From Candidatus Hydrogenedentota bacterium (GTDB lineage Bacteria; Hydrogenedentota; Hydrogenedentia; Hydrogenedentales; JAEUWI01), in contig JAHBVV010000018.1 in assembly GCA_019637335.1 (NCBI GenBank), positions 64,107 through 128,106 of the forward strand: DNA of 64,000 nt. Direction: 5' to 3'. Positions 54,914 through 64,000 of the stretch are shown here, piece by piece (the stretch's first letter is position 1; every line of letters starts with the position of its first letter). The notes below the pieces were generated by a model. That model ran no database searches, was not told the origin of the DNA, and saw only the letters and a list, made by a program, of their open reading frames with translations. A program made the translations under genes and the position numbers.

Positions 54914-55906
54914 ATGTGGTTCTTGTTCATTGTGATGCTCATTGCGGCGGTGTTACTCGCGCTCATTGTTGTTCGCGGACAACAGGCGATGATGGAGGGC
55001 ATGCCCGATACCGGCGACGGTGAGCACGGGGACGAAGCGTGGTTTCCGGAGGGATCGCTGCCCCGCGCGGCGGATCTGGCTGCGGCCTACGCCCGGGCGG
55101 GTTTCGACGATGTCGCTGGCCTGGTGACGGAAGCCGCACAGCCCTGTTTTCGCATCTGCATGGCGGCGGAGGACGAAGGGCAGCGCAGCCGGGCCGGCGG
55201 GGTGCCGGATCTCGCCGACAGCGCGGCGTGGCCGGCGTGGGACGGGGTTCCGCTGGCGTTTCTGGCGCAGATCGACCTGTCGGAACTGGCCGCGATTAAT
55301 CCGGACACGCCGCTGCCGAAGCAGGGCCTGCTCCAGTTCTACTACGACGCCGGCCAGCGCACCTGGGGCACGGACCCGAAGGACCGGGACAGCTGGCGCG
55401 TGTTGTATTTTCGCGATCCCTTCGAGCCGACGCCCATCGAGCACTGGCCCGAGGGCCTGCCGGACCACGCGTGTTATCCGATCGCCCCGCTGCTGGTTGA
55501 AGAGTCCGATTCCTTTCCGGATGAGTTGATTGAGCGGCTTCGCGAGGGGAAGGGCCTCCGGGCGCAAGGGTTGATCGAGGAGATCTTCGCGCAATACGAG
55601 GATTGCCATGACGGGCCGTGCCACCAGGTGCTGGGCTACCCGTATTCCATCAAGGGCGACCCCAGGCTGACGAGCCAGCTCGCGAGCAATGGCGTCTACT
55701 GCGGCGACGAAATCGATCTGGAGACGCCCGAGGCCCTGGCCCTGGCGCCGGGCGCCGCGGACTGGCAGCTGCTTTTCCAATTCGACACCGACGAGCAGAC
55801 GGGAATGAGCTGGGGCGATTGCGGGACGCTCTTTTTCCTTATCCGCCGGGACGATCTGGCGGCGCAGCGGTTCGATCGGGCCTGGATGGTGCTCCAGTGT
55901 ATTTGA
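54914..55906 (+). CDS. DUF1963 (YwqG-like) domain protein with N-terminal TM helix
   Basis: C-terminal ...HQVLGYP...DW.LLFQFDTDEQTGMSWGDCGTLFFLI matches the YwqG/DUF1963 signature. Read in a different frame from the spurious 689-aa ORF 53837..55906. Confidence 0.5.
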   Translation: MWFLFIVMLIAAVLLALIVVRGQQAMMEGMPDTGDGEHGDEAWFPEGSLPRAADLAAAYARAGFDDVAGLVTEAAQPCFRICMAAEDEGQRSRAGGVPDLADSAAWPAWDGVPLAFLAQIDLSELAAINPDTPLPKQGLLQFYYDAGQRTWGTDPKDRDSWRVLYFRDPFEPTPIEHWPEGLPDHACYPIAPLLVEESDSFPDELIERLREGKGLRAQGLIEEIFAQYEDCHDGPCHQVLGYPYSIKGDPRLTSQLASNGVYCGDEIDLETPEALALAPGAADWQLLFQFDTDEQTGMSWGDCGTLFFLIRRDDLAAQRFDRAWMVLQCI

Positions 55907-55930
55907 GGGGCGACGGTATCCGGTTCCCGA

Positions 55931-57502
55931 TCAGTGTTCCAGGTCGCGGAGGATGACGGTGGCGGCGTTGCGGCCGGCGGCGCCCATGATGCCGCCGCCG
56001 GGGTGGGTGCTGGCGCCGGTGAGGTAGAGGCCGGGGATGGGGGCGCGGTACTGGTGTGCGCCCCAGGCGGGCCGCCGGAAGAACATCTGGTCCGACGACA
56101 TTTCCAGGTGCATCACGTTGCCCCGCAGCAGCCCGAGTTCGCGCTCCAGGTAGAGCGGCGTCTCCACGAGGCGATCGATCACGGCTTCCTTGACGTTCGG
56201 CGCGTAGGCGGCCAGGGTGTCGAGCATGATATCGGCCTCCCGATCCCCGATGGCGTCCCAGTTTTCCCCACCGGCGAGTTCGTAGGGGTAGTATTGCCCC
56301 CAGAGAAACATCGTGTGCTTTCCGGGCGGCGCCAGGCTGGGGTCGGCCTTGGAAAAGGTCATGGCCAGCAGCGCGGGATGGCGCGACGGCCGTCCGGCCT
56401 GGAAATCGGCGTAGGCGGCGTCGAGGTAGTCCATGTCCGGGCAGATGAACTGGAGCGCGTTGTGGTGATCGCTGCCGGTGTGGGTGTCCGGCGACGGCAG
56501 CGCGGTGTAGTTGGGCAGTTCGTTCATGGCGAAGCGCACGACCATGCCGAAACCATTGCCGATGCGGCGCTTCATGATGGACTTTTCGAAGGCCGCTGGT
56601 CTGGCCTCGGGGTCGATCATCCCGAGCGTGGCGCGGATGTGCGCGCCGGAGACGACCCGACGCCCGCGAATGATGCGGCCGTCCTCGCACTCGACGCCGC
56701 GCGCGCAACCGTCCTCCAGCAGGATTCGCTTCACGGGCGCGCCGGTGGTGATGGTTCCGCCGCGCGATTCGATCATGCGCGCGAGGGCCTGGGTCAGCAT
56801 GCCGGAGCCGCCGCGGGGGCGCCGCATGCCGCTGCGGTGGTAGAGCGGGTGCCACATGGCGAGGGGGCCGGAGAGCGCCTCGCCGGGGGGCGGTCCGGAC
56901 TGCGCGGCCATCCAGCCGACGACGGCCTGGACGCGGGGATCGGAGAAACTCCGCCGGATCATCGGGCCATAGCCGGACAGCGCGTTCCGCAGGGTCTCCA
57001 GGAAATTTTCGCTCCGCGCCCAGGTGTCCGCGACGAGCGATTTCGCGATGCCGCCGAGCGACGGCGGGTTCAGGAAGGCATCGACAAAGGTCTCGGCAAC
57101 GGGCGTCCACTTTCGGACGAAATCGCGGTAGGCCGCGGCGTCTTTTTCGGAAACGGCCGCGATGCTTTCGCAGGTGCGTTCGATATCCCGCCAGATGGTG
57201 ATATGGGAGCCATCGGGAAACGGGGCGAAGAAAAGGGGGTCAAGATCGATGTAGTCGAGCCCGTGTTGCTCCAAGTCCAGATCGCGCACGATGGGGGTGT
57301 GGTTGATCAGAATGTGCGCGGATCCGCCCAGGTCGAACTTGAATCCCGGAACGATCTCTTCCGTCACCACCGCGCCGCCCGCAATGTGGCGGCGTTCCAC
57401 GACGTGGACATTGTGCCCGGCCCGGGCGAGGTAGCCGGCGCAGACGAGCGCATTGTGGCCCGCGCCGATTATCACGAAGTCATGTTGGTCCATTCGAATC
57501 AT
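55931..57502 (-). CDS. Phytoene desaturase-family FAD-dependent oxidoreductase (CrtI/CrtD-like)
   Basis: N-terminal DFVIIGAGHNALVCAGYLARAG dinucleotide-binding motif; the C-terminal region matches the CrtI-family fold; sits in the carotenoid cluster. Confidence 0.7.
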   Translation of the reverse strand: MIRMDQHDFVIIGAGHNALVCAGYLARAGHNVHVVERRHIAGGAVVTEEIVPGFKFDLGGSAHILINHTPIVRDLDLEQHGLDYIDLDPLFFAPFPDGSHITIWRDIERTCESIAAVSEKDAAAYRDFVRKWTPVAETFVDAFLNPPSLGGIAKSLVADTWARSENFLETLRNALSGYGPMIRRSFSDPRVQAVVGWMAAQSGPPPGEALSGPLAMWHPLYHRSGMRRPRGGSGMLTQALARMIESRGGTITTGAPVKRILLEDGCARGVECEDGRIIRGRRVVSGAHIRATLGMIDPEARPAAFEKSIMKRRIGNGFGMVVRFAMNELPNYTALPSPDTHTGSDHHNALQFICPDMDYLDAAYADFQAGRPSRHPALLAMTFSKADPSLAPPGKHTMFLWGQYYPYELAGGENWDAIGDREADIMLDTLAAYAPNVKEAVIDRLVETPLYLERELGLLRGNVMHLEMSSDQMFFRRPAWGAHQYRAPIPGLYLTGASTHPGGGIMGAAGRNAATVILRDLEH

Positions 57503-57532
57503 TCCGGGAGTGGGCGCGCCGGGCGTCCGCTA

Positions 57533-58489
57533 TCAGGCCTTATTCTGCAATAAGAGGACGTCGCCAGGATAACGAAGCGGCCTGGATAGCGGGGCCCGGG
57601 AAAAGCGATTCAGCGTCCGAAATGGGATTTCGGCGATGGCCCAGGCGACGGCCTTGAGCCCGAGGAGGTACTTTCGGCATTTCGGCACGAACGCGCGTCC
57701 GGCGAAGACGTCGCAACCCCGCGCCCGGACCGCGTCGCCGATTGCGGCGTAGATGAAGCGCGCGGCGCGGACCGCGAGCGCGGCGCGCCAGGAGAGGCCG
57801 CGCATGCCGATGTCCGCGGAGGCGTAATACACGTCAGCCAGATTGAGCAATTCGGAAACGGATCTTGAGAGCGCATCGCGGCATTGGTGCGACAGCGGTC
57901 GGCCCTTCTGCCAGGGTAGGACCGCTGCGCCGTGGCGGGCGAGCAGGTCGTGGGGCAGGTAAAGGCGGCCCCGGTCCCAGTCCTCGCGGACGTCGCGGCA
58001 GATGTTGGTGATCTGCATGGCGATTCCGAGGTGGACGGCATGCTGGAGGGCGCGGGGGTCGCGCACGCCGAGCACGTGGCTCATCATGAGGCCGACGGTC
58101 CCCGCGACGCGGTAGCAGTAGAGGAGCAGTGTGTCCAGGTCGGGATAGGCGACGCCGCGCGCGTCCATGGCCATGCCTTCGAGCAGCTCCTCCGGATAGG
58201 TCCGCGGAATCTGGAATTCGCGGACGAGTTGCTGCATGGCCGTCACGAGGGCGTCGTGCGATGGATCACCCGCGTAAATGGCGTCCAATTCCCGCTTCAG
58301 CGCGGCCAGGGCGGCATCGTGGTCCTCGGGGTCCGCCAGGTCGATGGCGTCGTCGGCGCGGCGGCACCAGGTATAGAGCACCTCGACGTGGCGCCGCGCT
58401 TCCCCCGGGATGAGGGTGGACGCAAAGGAGAAACTCTTGCTGTGATGCTGGATGGTCTCCCGGAAAGTCTGGGCATCGCGGGCCTCCAT
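57533..58489 (-). CDS. crtB: Phytoene synthase
   Basis: YTWCRRADDAID and the second Asp-rich region are typical of squalene/phytoene synthase. ATGA overlap with the crtI stop. Confidence 0.8.
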   Translation of the reverse strand: MEARDAQTFRETIQHHSKSFSFASTLIPGEARRHVEVLYTWCRRADDAIDLADPEDHDAALAALKRELDAIYAGDPSHDALVTAMQQLVREFQIPRTYPEELLEGMAMDARGVAYPDLDTLLLYCYRVAGTVGLMMSHVLGVRDPRALQHAVHLGIAMQITNICRDVREDWDRGRLYLPHDLLARHGAAVLPWQKGRPLSHQCRDALSRSVSELLNLADVYYASADIGMRGLSWRAALAVRAARFIYAAIGDAVRARGCDVFAGRAFVPKCRKYLLGLKAVAWAIAEIPFRTLNRFSRAPLSRPLRYPGDVLLLQNKA

Positions 58490-60048
58490 CAGGACACCTT
58501 CACGCCCATATCTGCGAGCAACACGCCAGCTGTCGCCTTCCCCGCGTTCACGACGCCGGGTACACCCGCGCCGGGGTGCGTACCCGCGCCGGTGATGTAG
58601 AGGCCGGGGATTTTCGGGTCGCGGTTGTGCGGCCGGAACCACGCGCTTTGCGTCAGGGTCGGCGCGAGGGAGAAGGCCGCGCCGTGGTAGCCCTTGAGCG
58701 TGTCCCGGAAGTCGCAGGGGGTCATCCAGTGCTTTGTGACGACGTGTTTGCGCAGGTCCGGCATGCTCCGCTCCAGGTACGCGAGGATGCGGTCCGCGTA
58801 GGCGGGCCCGGCGGTCTCCCAGTCGATGTTGGCGTTGCCGAGGTGCGGCACGGGGCTCAAGACGTAGTAGGCTCCGCATCCGGGCGGGGCGAGGTCGGGA
58901 TCCGTCACGGTGGGCGCGTGCAGGTAGAGGCTGAAATCATCGGGCAGCCTGGAACCGTGGAAGATGTCCTGGAGGAGCTCCTTGTAGCGTGGTCCGAAGA
59001 GCACGGTGTGGTGCGCGATGTCGTAGTTGCGGTCGGTCCCGAAGTAGAGCACGAAGAGCGACATCGACCAGGCGGAGCGCTCGAGACGGCGCTGTGTGGC
59101 CTGAGCTTCGGGGTGGGAGCGGTACAGCCGCGCGTAGGTGTGGTGCACGTCGGCATTCGAGACGACGGCCTCGGCGTCCAGCGTTTGCCCATCGCCCCAG
59201 TGCACACAGTGGCGCGTCTGGCCATCTTCCTGAACGAGGGTAACTTCCTGGACCGGGGCGTTCAGATGGAGGGTTCCGCCGAGCTCTTCGAAGACGCGGA
59301 CCAGCGCGCGGATCAGCGCGCCCGTGCCGCCTTTGGGGAAGAAGACGCCCCACTTGCGCTCGAGATAGTGAATGAGCGTGTAGATCGCGCTGGTCTCAAA
59401 GGGGTTGCCGCCCACGAGGAGCGAATGAAAACTGAGGGCCTGGCGCAGGTGATCGTCGCTGACGTACCGGGAAACGGTCTTGTAGACGCTGCGGTCCGCC
59501 CGGAGGCGCGCGAGATCCGGCGCGACGCGCACCATGTCGCTGAAGCGGAGGAAGGGCACGTCCACGAGTTCCTCGTAGCCCTTCGCGAAGACCTTCTTCG
59601 AGTACTCCAGAAAGCGCTGGTATCCGTCCGCATCTTTCGGGTTTCGCTTGCGGATCTGGGCCAGCATGTCCTCCAGATCCGCCGTATAGTCGAGCTGATC
59701 GCCATCGTCCCACTGGAGCCGGTACATCGGCTCCACGGGGAGCAGGGTTACGTAGTCCTCCAGGCGGCGTCCGGCGGCGGCGAAGAGTTCTTCGAGGCAC
59801 TGGGGCGCGGTGATCACCGTGGGGCCGGCGTCAAAGGTGTATCCGTCATTTTCGTAGACGTAGGCGCGCCCGCCGGGCTTGTCGCGCGCTTCAAACAAGG
59901 TGACCTGGAGGCCGGCGGCCTGAAGGCGAATGGCGGCGGCCAGCCCGCCGAAACCGCTGCCGATCACGGCCACGGCGCGGCCGGGCTTGCGTCCCGGGTC
60001 GGACAGGGGGAACGGGGGAACGAGATTCCGGGTGGCGGTATCAGACAT
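58489..60048 (-). CDS. crtI: Phytoene desaturase
   Basis: AVIGSGFGGLAAAIRLQAAGLQVTLFEARDKPGGRAY FAD motif, with CrtI-like length and C-terminus. Start chosen at MSDTATR; upstream ATG at 60087 is possible. Confidence 0.8.
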   Translation of the reverse strand: MSDTATRNLVPPFPLSDPGRKPGRAVAVIGSGFGGLAAAIRLQAAGLQVTLFEARDKPGGRAYVYENDGYTFDAGPTVITAPQCLEELFAAAGRRLEDYVTLLPVEPMYRLQWDDGDQLDYTADLEDMLAQIRKRNPKDADGYQRFLEYSKKVFAKGYEELVDVPFLRFSDMVRVAPDLARLRADRSVYKTVSRYVSDDHLRQALSFHSLLVGGNPFETSAIYTLIHYLERKWGVFFPKGGTGALIRALVRVFEELGGTLHLNAPVQEVTLVQEDGQTRHCVHWGDGQTLDAEAVVSNADVHHTYARLYRSHPEAQATQRRLERSAWSMSLFVLYFGTDRNYDIAHHTVLFGPRYKELLQDIFHGSRLPDDFSLYLHAPTVTDPDLAPPGCGAYYVLSPVPHLGNANIDWETAGPAYADRILAYLERSMPDLRKHVVTKHWMTPCDFRDTLKGYHGAAFSLAPTLTQSAWFRPHNRDPKIPGLYITGAGTHPGAGVPGVVNAGKATAGVLLADMGVKVS

Positions 60049-61111
60049 AGCTGTTGCGAAGCCTTTCAAACTCCCGGTGGAGCGCATCCACGCAGGCGGG
60101 ATTGGCGATACGGTTGTCCAGGTGCGTCAGGGCGTGCGCCAGCCGGGCGTGTAGATCGGCGTCCAGGCTTTCCGGCAGCACGTCGCGGAGCCGGCCGCGG
60201 AGGAACGAGGTTTCCGCGCGCCCTCCCTGCACGTCTTGCGAGAGATGCACGAGTTCGCGGTAGGCGGCGGGATCGAGGGTCTGCGCCGCCCAGGCCCAGG
60301 GCCAGGTGGGGGCGCCGGTGAGCAAATCTTCCCGGGCTTTTTCCGCGCGCGCGCCGCTTGCCATGGAGCCGGCGTCATCCAGGATCTGGAGCATGCCGCC
60401 GAGTTCCTCGCCAAACGCGGCGTAGGCCTCGCAGGTTTCGAGATCCGCGCCGGCCGCCAGGGCGCCGAGCCAGGCCGAGAGCCCCATTAGGGCGCCGGTC
60501 TTCAGCGCGGTTTTTGTGGCGGTGACGGCGGGCATGTCCTCCTGGTGGATGTCCTGGACCTTCAGGGATACATCCAGCCCCTGGCCCAGGTGGCAGCGGT
60601 GCTGGGTCTCCGCGAGCTTTTTCAGGGCGGCGAGCTCCTGATCGGGGCGCAGGCCGGCCTCGCCGATCAGGCGCGCGGGCCAGAAGTACAGCCAGTTGCC
60701 GGCGTTCAGCGCCGGCGCGACGCCATAGCGGAGGTGGAGCGCCACATCCCCGCGCCGTTCGGTGGCCCCATCCTCGATGTCGTCGATAATCAGCGAGCCG
60801 GCGTGCATGGCTTCGACGGCGAGCGCAAAGGCCATGGGCATTTCACCGGCGCCGCCCGCCGCGCGCCACGCCCATTCGGTCATGCTCGCGCGAAACATTT
60901 TTGAATTGCGATCGAGAAAATCCTGGAGCGGCGCGCCGAGGGCTTTCTGCCAGTACATTCTGGGAAGAGCCGTGCCGGCGGCGGAGGTCTGCGCGCGGAG
61001 TGCGGCGGGCGAGAGTTCGGCGCGGAGGCGGTGCAGCAGGTGCGCGCGCACCCGGAGTGGCGCGGCGGGCGCGGCGGGCCGTTCATCGGCGATGCGCAGG
61101 GGTGCAGTCAT
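60041..61111 (-). CDS. Polyprenyl synthetase-family protein (GGPP synthase-like; second Asp-rich motif degenerate)
   Basis: First DDxxD motif IIDDIED is present. The second motif reads ILDDAGS. Position in the carotenoid cluster. Confidence 0.55.
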   Translation of the reverse strand: MTAPLRIADERPAAPAAPLRVRAHLLHRLRAELSPAALRAQTSAAGTALPRMYWQKALGAPLQDFLDRNSKMFRASMTEWAWRAAGGAGEMPMAFALAVEAMHAGSLIIDDIEDGATERRGDVALHLRYGVAPALNAGNWLYFWPARLIGEAGLRPDQELAALKKLAETQHRCHLGQGLDVSLKVQDIHQEDMPAVTATKTALKTGALMGLSAWLGALAAGADLETCEAYAAFGEELGGMLQILDDAGSMASGARAEKAREDLLTGAPTWPWAWAAQTLDPAAYRELVHLSQDVQGGRAETSFLRGRLRDVLPESLDADLHARLAHALTHLDNRIANPACVDALHREFERLRNSYV

Positions 61112-62325
61112 GATTCGGGCGCTCCTTCAAGCAGTCGTCGCAGGGACAGTCCGCGGGGTGGCCGCCCGAGAAAGAACCGCGCCTGGTCCCAGCGCGTCAT
61201 CTCGAGCCGGTAAAAACGTTCGATTACATCCTCGGGCAGTGTGTAGAACCGTTGAAAGATGTGGTAACGGCGCGCGGGCGGATAGGCCCGGAACAGCAGC
61301 AGATTCAGCCAGGTCGCAAAGCGATATTGGGCGCGATGGCGCCGCATGAATCCGGCCCACCCTGCATCGAACGGCGGCTCGGGCGCGCGGTCCGCGATGT
61401 GCAGCGCCAGGCGAACGGCCAGGGGAAACGAGTAGCCGGTTGCCGGGTGCAGGAAGCCGCCCCGGTAGCCTGCGAGCAGCGGCGGGGCGGCCGGCCACAC
61501 ACGGCGCGCGGACCACGGCATCGGCAGCACGCCCGATTCTTCTCGCAGGATTTCGTGCACGTCGAGCCCGAGCCCGCCGGCATACCGAAGCACTTCCGCG
61601 CGCAGACGTGCGATATCCAGGTCCGGGCTGTCGGAGAAACGCGTGTCTTCCACCAGCACACAATCCGATTCAAAAGGCAGAACATAGAAAAAGCGGAACC
61701 CATCTTCCTGCGGGACCTCGGCGTCCATCAGGACGGGGCCCCGAAGCGGGAACGGGGCGGCAAGCCGGAGTTCGAGCCCGACGAATTTCTGGTAGCCGGT
61801 GGATTTCACGGGCTGGTGAGGCGGCAGGCCGCGGGCGTCGATCACCGTCCGGCCGTAGAGCACCCGTCCGTTGCCGAGCACGATTCGGTCCGCGTCAACC
61901 GCCGCAATCGGCGTGTTCAGCACCAGGCGCGCGTTCGGCGCGGCCTCTATACGCGCCCGAACCGCGGCGGCGAGACGTTCCGACAGGATACTGCCGTAGG
62001 GGCAGTCCACGCGTCGCTGCATCCCGGGGAATTTCACCGTGTAGTGGTCCCAGGTGAAGTCGAGCACCGGTTCCAGGGCGGCCCGGGCCTCCGGGGGGAT
62101 GTCGGCGAGGTGAAACGACCAGGTGTGGTTTCCGCACAGGGCGGACTCCTGCTCAACGAGGGTAACGCGGCACTCGGGCTGCCGGTGCAGCAGGAGGAGC
62201 GCTATCAGGCAGTTCTGCAGCCCGCCTCCCGCCAGCAGGTAGTCGCAGTCTGTCGTTGAATCGTTGCGCACGATGTCGCCTCGTGGTTGGAAACGAAACC
62301 ACCCCGCGCGCCGACGCCGGGGCAC
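61108..62325 (-). CDS. Lycopene cyclase family protein (CrtY/CrtL-type)
   Basis: N-terminal DYLLAGGGLQNCLIA dinucleotide-binding motif. FAD-dependent lycopene beta-cyclase-like length. The true start is probably downstream of the annotated ATG. Confidence 0.6.
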   Translation of the reverse strand: MPRRRRAGWFRFQPRGDIVRNDSTTDCDYLLAGGGLQNCLIALLLLHRQPECRVTLVEQESALCGNHTWSFHLADIPPEARAALEPVLDFTWDHYTVKFPGMQRRVDCPYGSILSERLAAAVRARIEAAPNARLVLNTPIAAVDADRIVLGNGRVLYGRTVIDARGLPPHQPVKSTGYQKFVGLELRLAAPFPLRGPVLMDAEVPQEDGFRFFYVLPFESDCVLVEDTRFSDSPDLDIARLRAEVLRYAGGLGLDVHEILREESGVLPMPWSARRVWPAAPPLLAGYRGGFLHPATGYSFPLAVRLALHIADRAPEPPFDAGWAGFMRRHRAQYRFATWLNLLLFRAYPPARRYHIFQRFYTLPEDVIERFYRLEMTRWDQARFFLGRPPRGLSLRRLLEGAPES

Positions 62326-62379
62326 GAACCGAGCTAACGTTACCGAATGTATGAATTATGGTACCCGGGCTCGCCCTAA

Positions 62380-62401
62380 TTGTCAAGGATTATTTTGACA
62401 A
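62380..62401. promoter_or_regulatory. Perfect inverted repeat TTGTCAA-N8-TTGACAA in the divergent crt/idi promoter region
   Basis: ttgtcaaggattattttgacaa lies in an AT-rich stretch between the lycopene cyclase gene (minus) and idi (plus). Confidence 0.3.
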
Positions 62402-62620
62402 AAGTACGACATGATGGTATAGTGGCGTTACGTGGGGTGAGTGTGCGATTATGAGTTGCTACGCTTTGTAGAGTCATTGCGTTCCTCGCAGCGGCGGAGA
62501 AGGCCCGGGCCATCTGGACGCACGTTGCGCCGCGGGAGCGGCACGGCGGGCACTACCACGGAGGGCCGTGGTAACGAGTGGGCGAGCGACCGAAGGCGCG
62601 GGCAGATCAGGAGAAAGAAC

Positions 62621-63145
62621 ATGGCGCGGGAAGTCATACTGGTGGACGAGCATGATCGGCCGGTGGGCCGCCGGGAGAAGCTCCTGGCGCACCAGCGGGG
62701 CGAGCTCCATCGCGCTTTTTCGGTATTCCTGTTCGACAGTGCCGGCCGGTGGCTGTTGCAGCGGCGCCACACGTCGAAATACCACTCGGGCGGGCTCTGG
62801 ACCAACACGTGCTGCAGCCATCCGGCGCCGGGGGAAGAAACGGGGGCGGCGGCGCGGGCGCGGCTTTGGGAGGAAATGGGGATTGACGCGCCGTTGGAAC
62901 CGTTGTTCCAGTTCACGTACCGCGCGGCCTTCGACAACGGCCTGATCGAGCATGAACTGGACCACGTTTTTGCCGGTACGTTTGACGGGTCGCCGAAGCC
63001 GGATCCAACCGAAGTGAGCGATTGGCGCTGGGTGGAGACGGTGGACCTGCTTCGCGAGCTGGATGTGTATCCCGAGAATTTCACCTACTGGTTTCGCGTG
63101 GCGGTGGAGCAGGTTTTAATGCACCAGGCGTCGGCCCGGCGCTGA
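62621..63145 (+). CDS. idi: Isopentenyl-diphosphate delta-isomerase, type 1 (Nudix fold)
   Basis: HRAFSVFLF...LLQRRHTSKYHSGGLWTNTCCSHP...EHELDHVF matches the IDI-1 conserved Cys/Glu active-site region; ggagaaag RBS. Confidence 0.8.
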   Translation: MAREVILVDEHDRPVGRREKLLAHQRGELHRAFSVFLFDSAGRWLLQRRHTSKYHSGGLWTNTCCSHPAPGEETGAAARARLWEEMGIDAPLEPLFQFTYRAAFDNGLIEHELDHVFAGTFDGSPKPDPTEVSDWRWVETVDLLRELDVYPENFTYWFRVAVEQVLMHQASARR

Positions 63146-63426
63146 GGGCGTGATAAATTTGGCGTGGGAACGCGGGTAGCGCCACAGCTTCGTCGCCGTC
63201 TTCGCGTACGGAGCGCTGCTGAAGGTGGCTTCTTGCGGTGCCGGTACCGCTGCACGCCCGCAGGTCTGTCCCAGGAGGCTCTCCTTTCTATCCCCGCGTC
63301 GATGCCCTGCCCGCGCATCCCGCCCCATCAGGATCACCCGGTCGGGCACCCCTTTGTAAGTCCCGGCAGGCAGCCCGTATAGTACCAACGCGTGCTTCTT
63401 ACAGGCCCCACACAGGGAGATTAACG

Positions 63427-64000
63427 ATGACCTTCCGCCCGCTCGCCCTCCTGTTGGCCGCGATGCTTCCGGCCGCCATTGCCAATGCCGCCCCGTTGGA
63501 AAGCTCCGAGAGCATTTCGGTGGGCTCGTACCCTCAGGAAATGCAGAGGTCTTACACCATTGCGGACGGCCTGCCGTCGAACGACGTACGCGCCATAGCG
63601 GTAACGCCAACGGGGTTTGTGTACGCAGGCACGCCGGAGGGGCTTGCTCGCTGGAATGGTAGCGTATGGGAGACAGTGTTTCGCGCGCCGGGGGATATTC
63701 AGAAGCTGCTGTACGACAGCGAGCGGGTTTATGCCGTCACCAACGCCTATGTCTATCCGGTGATAGACGGCAAGGCGGGCCCGCCGCTCGCGAAGCTCCC
63801 GGCGCCCCCCAATGCCTTGGTGTGGGACAGGTCCGAGGGGGACGATGCCATGCTCGCCGCGACGGACAAGGGGCTATTCGCGCTGAAAGACGGAAAGGCG
63901 ACGCAGATTGAAGTGCTGGACGAGCGCTACAGCGAAGTTACAGAAATCCGCGATGTCACGGTGAGTACTAATGGGCTTATTGTCGTTGCAACTCGGGTTG
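63427..64000 (+). CDS. Secreted propeller-domain protein, 3' end truncated by the window (two-component-regulator-propeller-like repeats)
   Basis: Signal peptide MTFRPLALLLAAMLPAAIANA. Repeated GLPSNDVRAIA...GTPEGL motifs resemble the Reg_prop repeat. The reading frame stays open to the window end. Confidence 0.45.
   Translation, partial: MTFRPLALLLAAMLPAAIANAAPLESSESISVGSYPQEMQRSYTIADGLPSNDVRAIAVTPTGFVYAGTPEGLARWNGSVWETVFRAPGDIQKLLYDSERVYAVTNAYVYPVIDGKAGPPLAKLPAPPNALVWDRSEGDDAMLAATDKGLFALKDGKATQIEVLDERYSEVTEIRDVTVSTNGLIVVATRV

Noticed and set aside
53837-55906. 689-aa plus-strand ORF spanning two genes.
   Set aside because: Artifact. It reads across the Tat-exported hydrolase-like gene (frame of 53451) in a wrong frame and then merges into the DUF1963 gene. 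The well-supported products start at 53451 and 54914.

Overview
High-GC (~65-68%) bacterial chromosomal window, not obviously proteobacterial. Content from 5' to 3':

- C-terminal fragment of flagellar hook-associated protein FlgK.
- A ZTP (pfl) riboswitch candidate directly upstream of an AICAR-transformylase-only purH homolog.
- Two secreted beta-propeller-like proteins.
- A small two-gene module whose second gene encodes an XRE-HTH protein, followed by a stand-alone cNMP-binding protein.
- Two clusters of REP-like hairpin repeats that read as VIPAKAGIQ in one frame.
- A 2972-aa secreted TPR giant.
- GTP-dependent PEP carboxykinase, an ABC-2 exporter operon, and a Tat-exported Gfo/Idh/MocA oxidoreductase.
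- A complete respiratory nitrate reductase locus: Rrf2 regulator, diheme cytochrome c, narGHJ, a narI fused to a Rieske domain, cytochrome b, monoheme cytochrome c, and two tandem narK transporters.
- An epimerase-family gene and a TetR regulator.
- A bidirectional multiheme cytochrome cluster:
  - minus strand: octaheme, putative outer-membrane beta-barrel, 14-heme, tetraheme, terminator;
  - plus strand: decaheme lipoprotein with (PD)n linker, membrane-anchored hexaheme cytochrome.
  - This is the architecture of a porin-cytochrome extracellular/trans-outer-membrane electron-transfer conduit.
- An ankyrin lipoprotein, an FG-GAP protein, an SPFH-GYF protein, a Tat-secreted hydrolase-like protein, and a DUF1963-like protein.
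- A carotenoid biosynthesis cluster (CrtI-family, crtB, crtI, polyprenyl synthase, lycopene cyclase, divergent idi).
- A truncated propeller-domain gene at the window end.

A modular MITE-like intergenic repeat family appears in at least three composite copies (about 837-1630, 17640-18210, 38100-38730), with shorter fragments elsewhere.

No rRNA, tRNA, CRISPR array or transposase was recognised. Many long antisense ORFs in the six-frame track are GC-driven artifacts.

All functional calls are from motif-level reading of the translated ORFs and sequence patterns. No database search was run.
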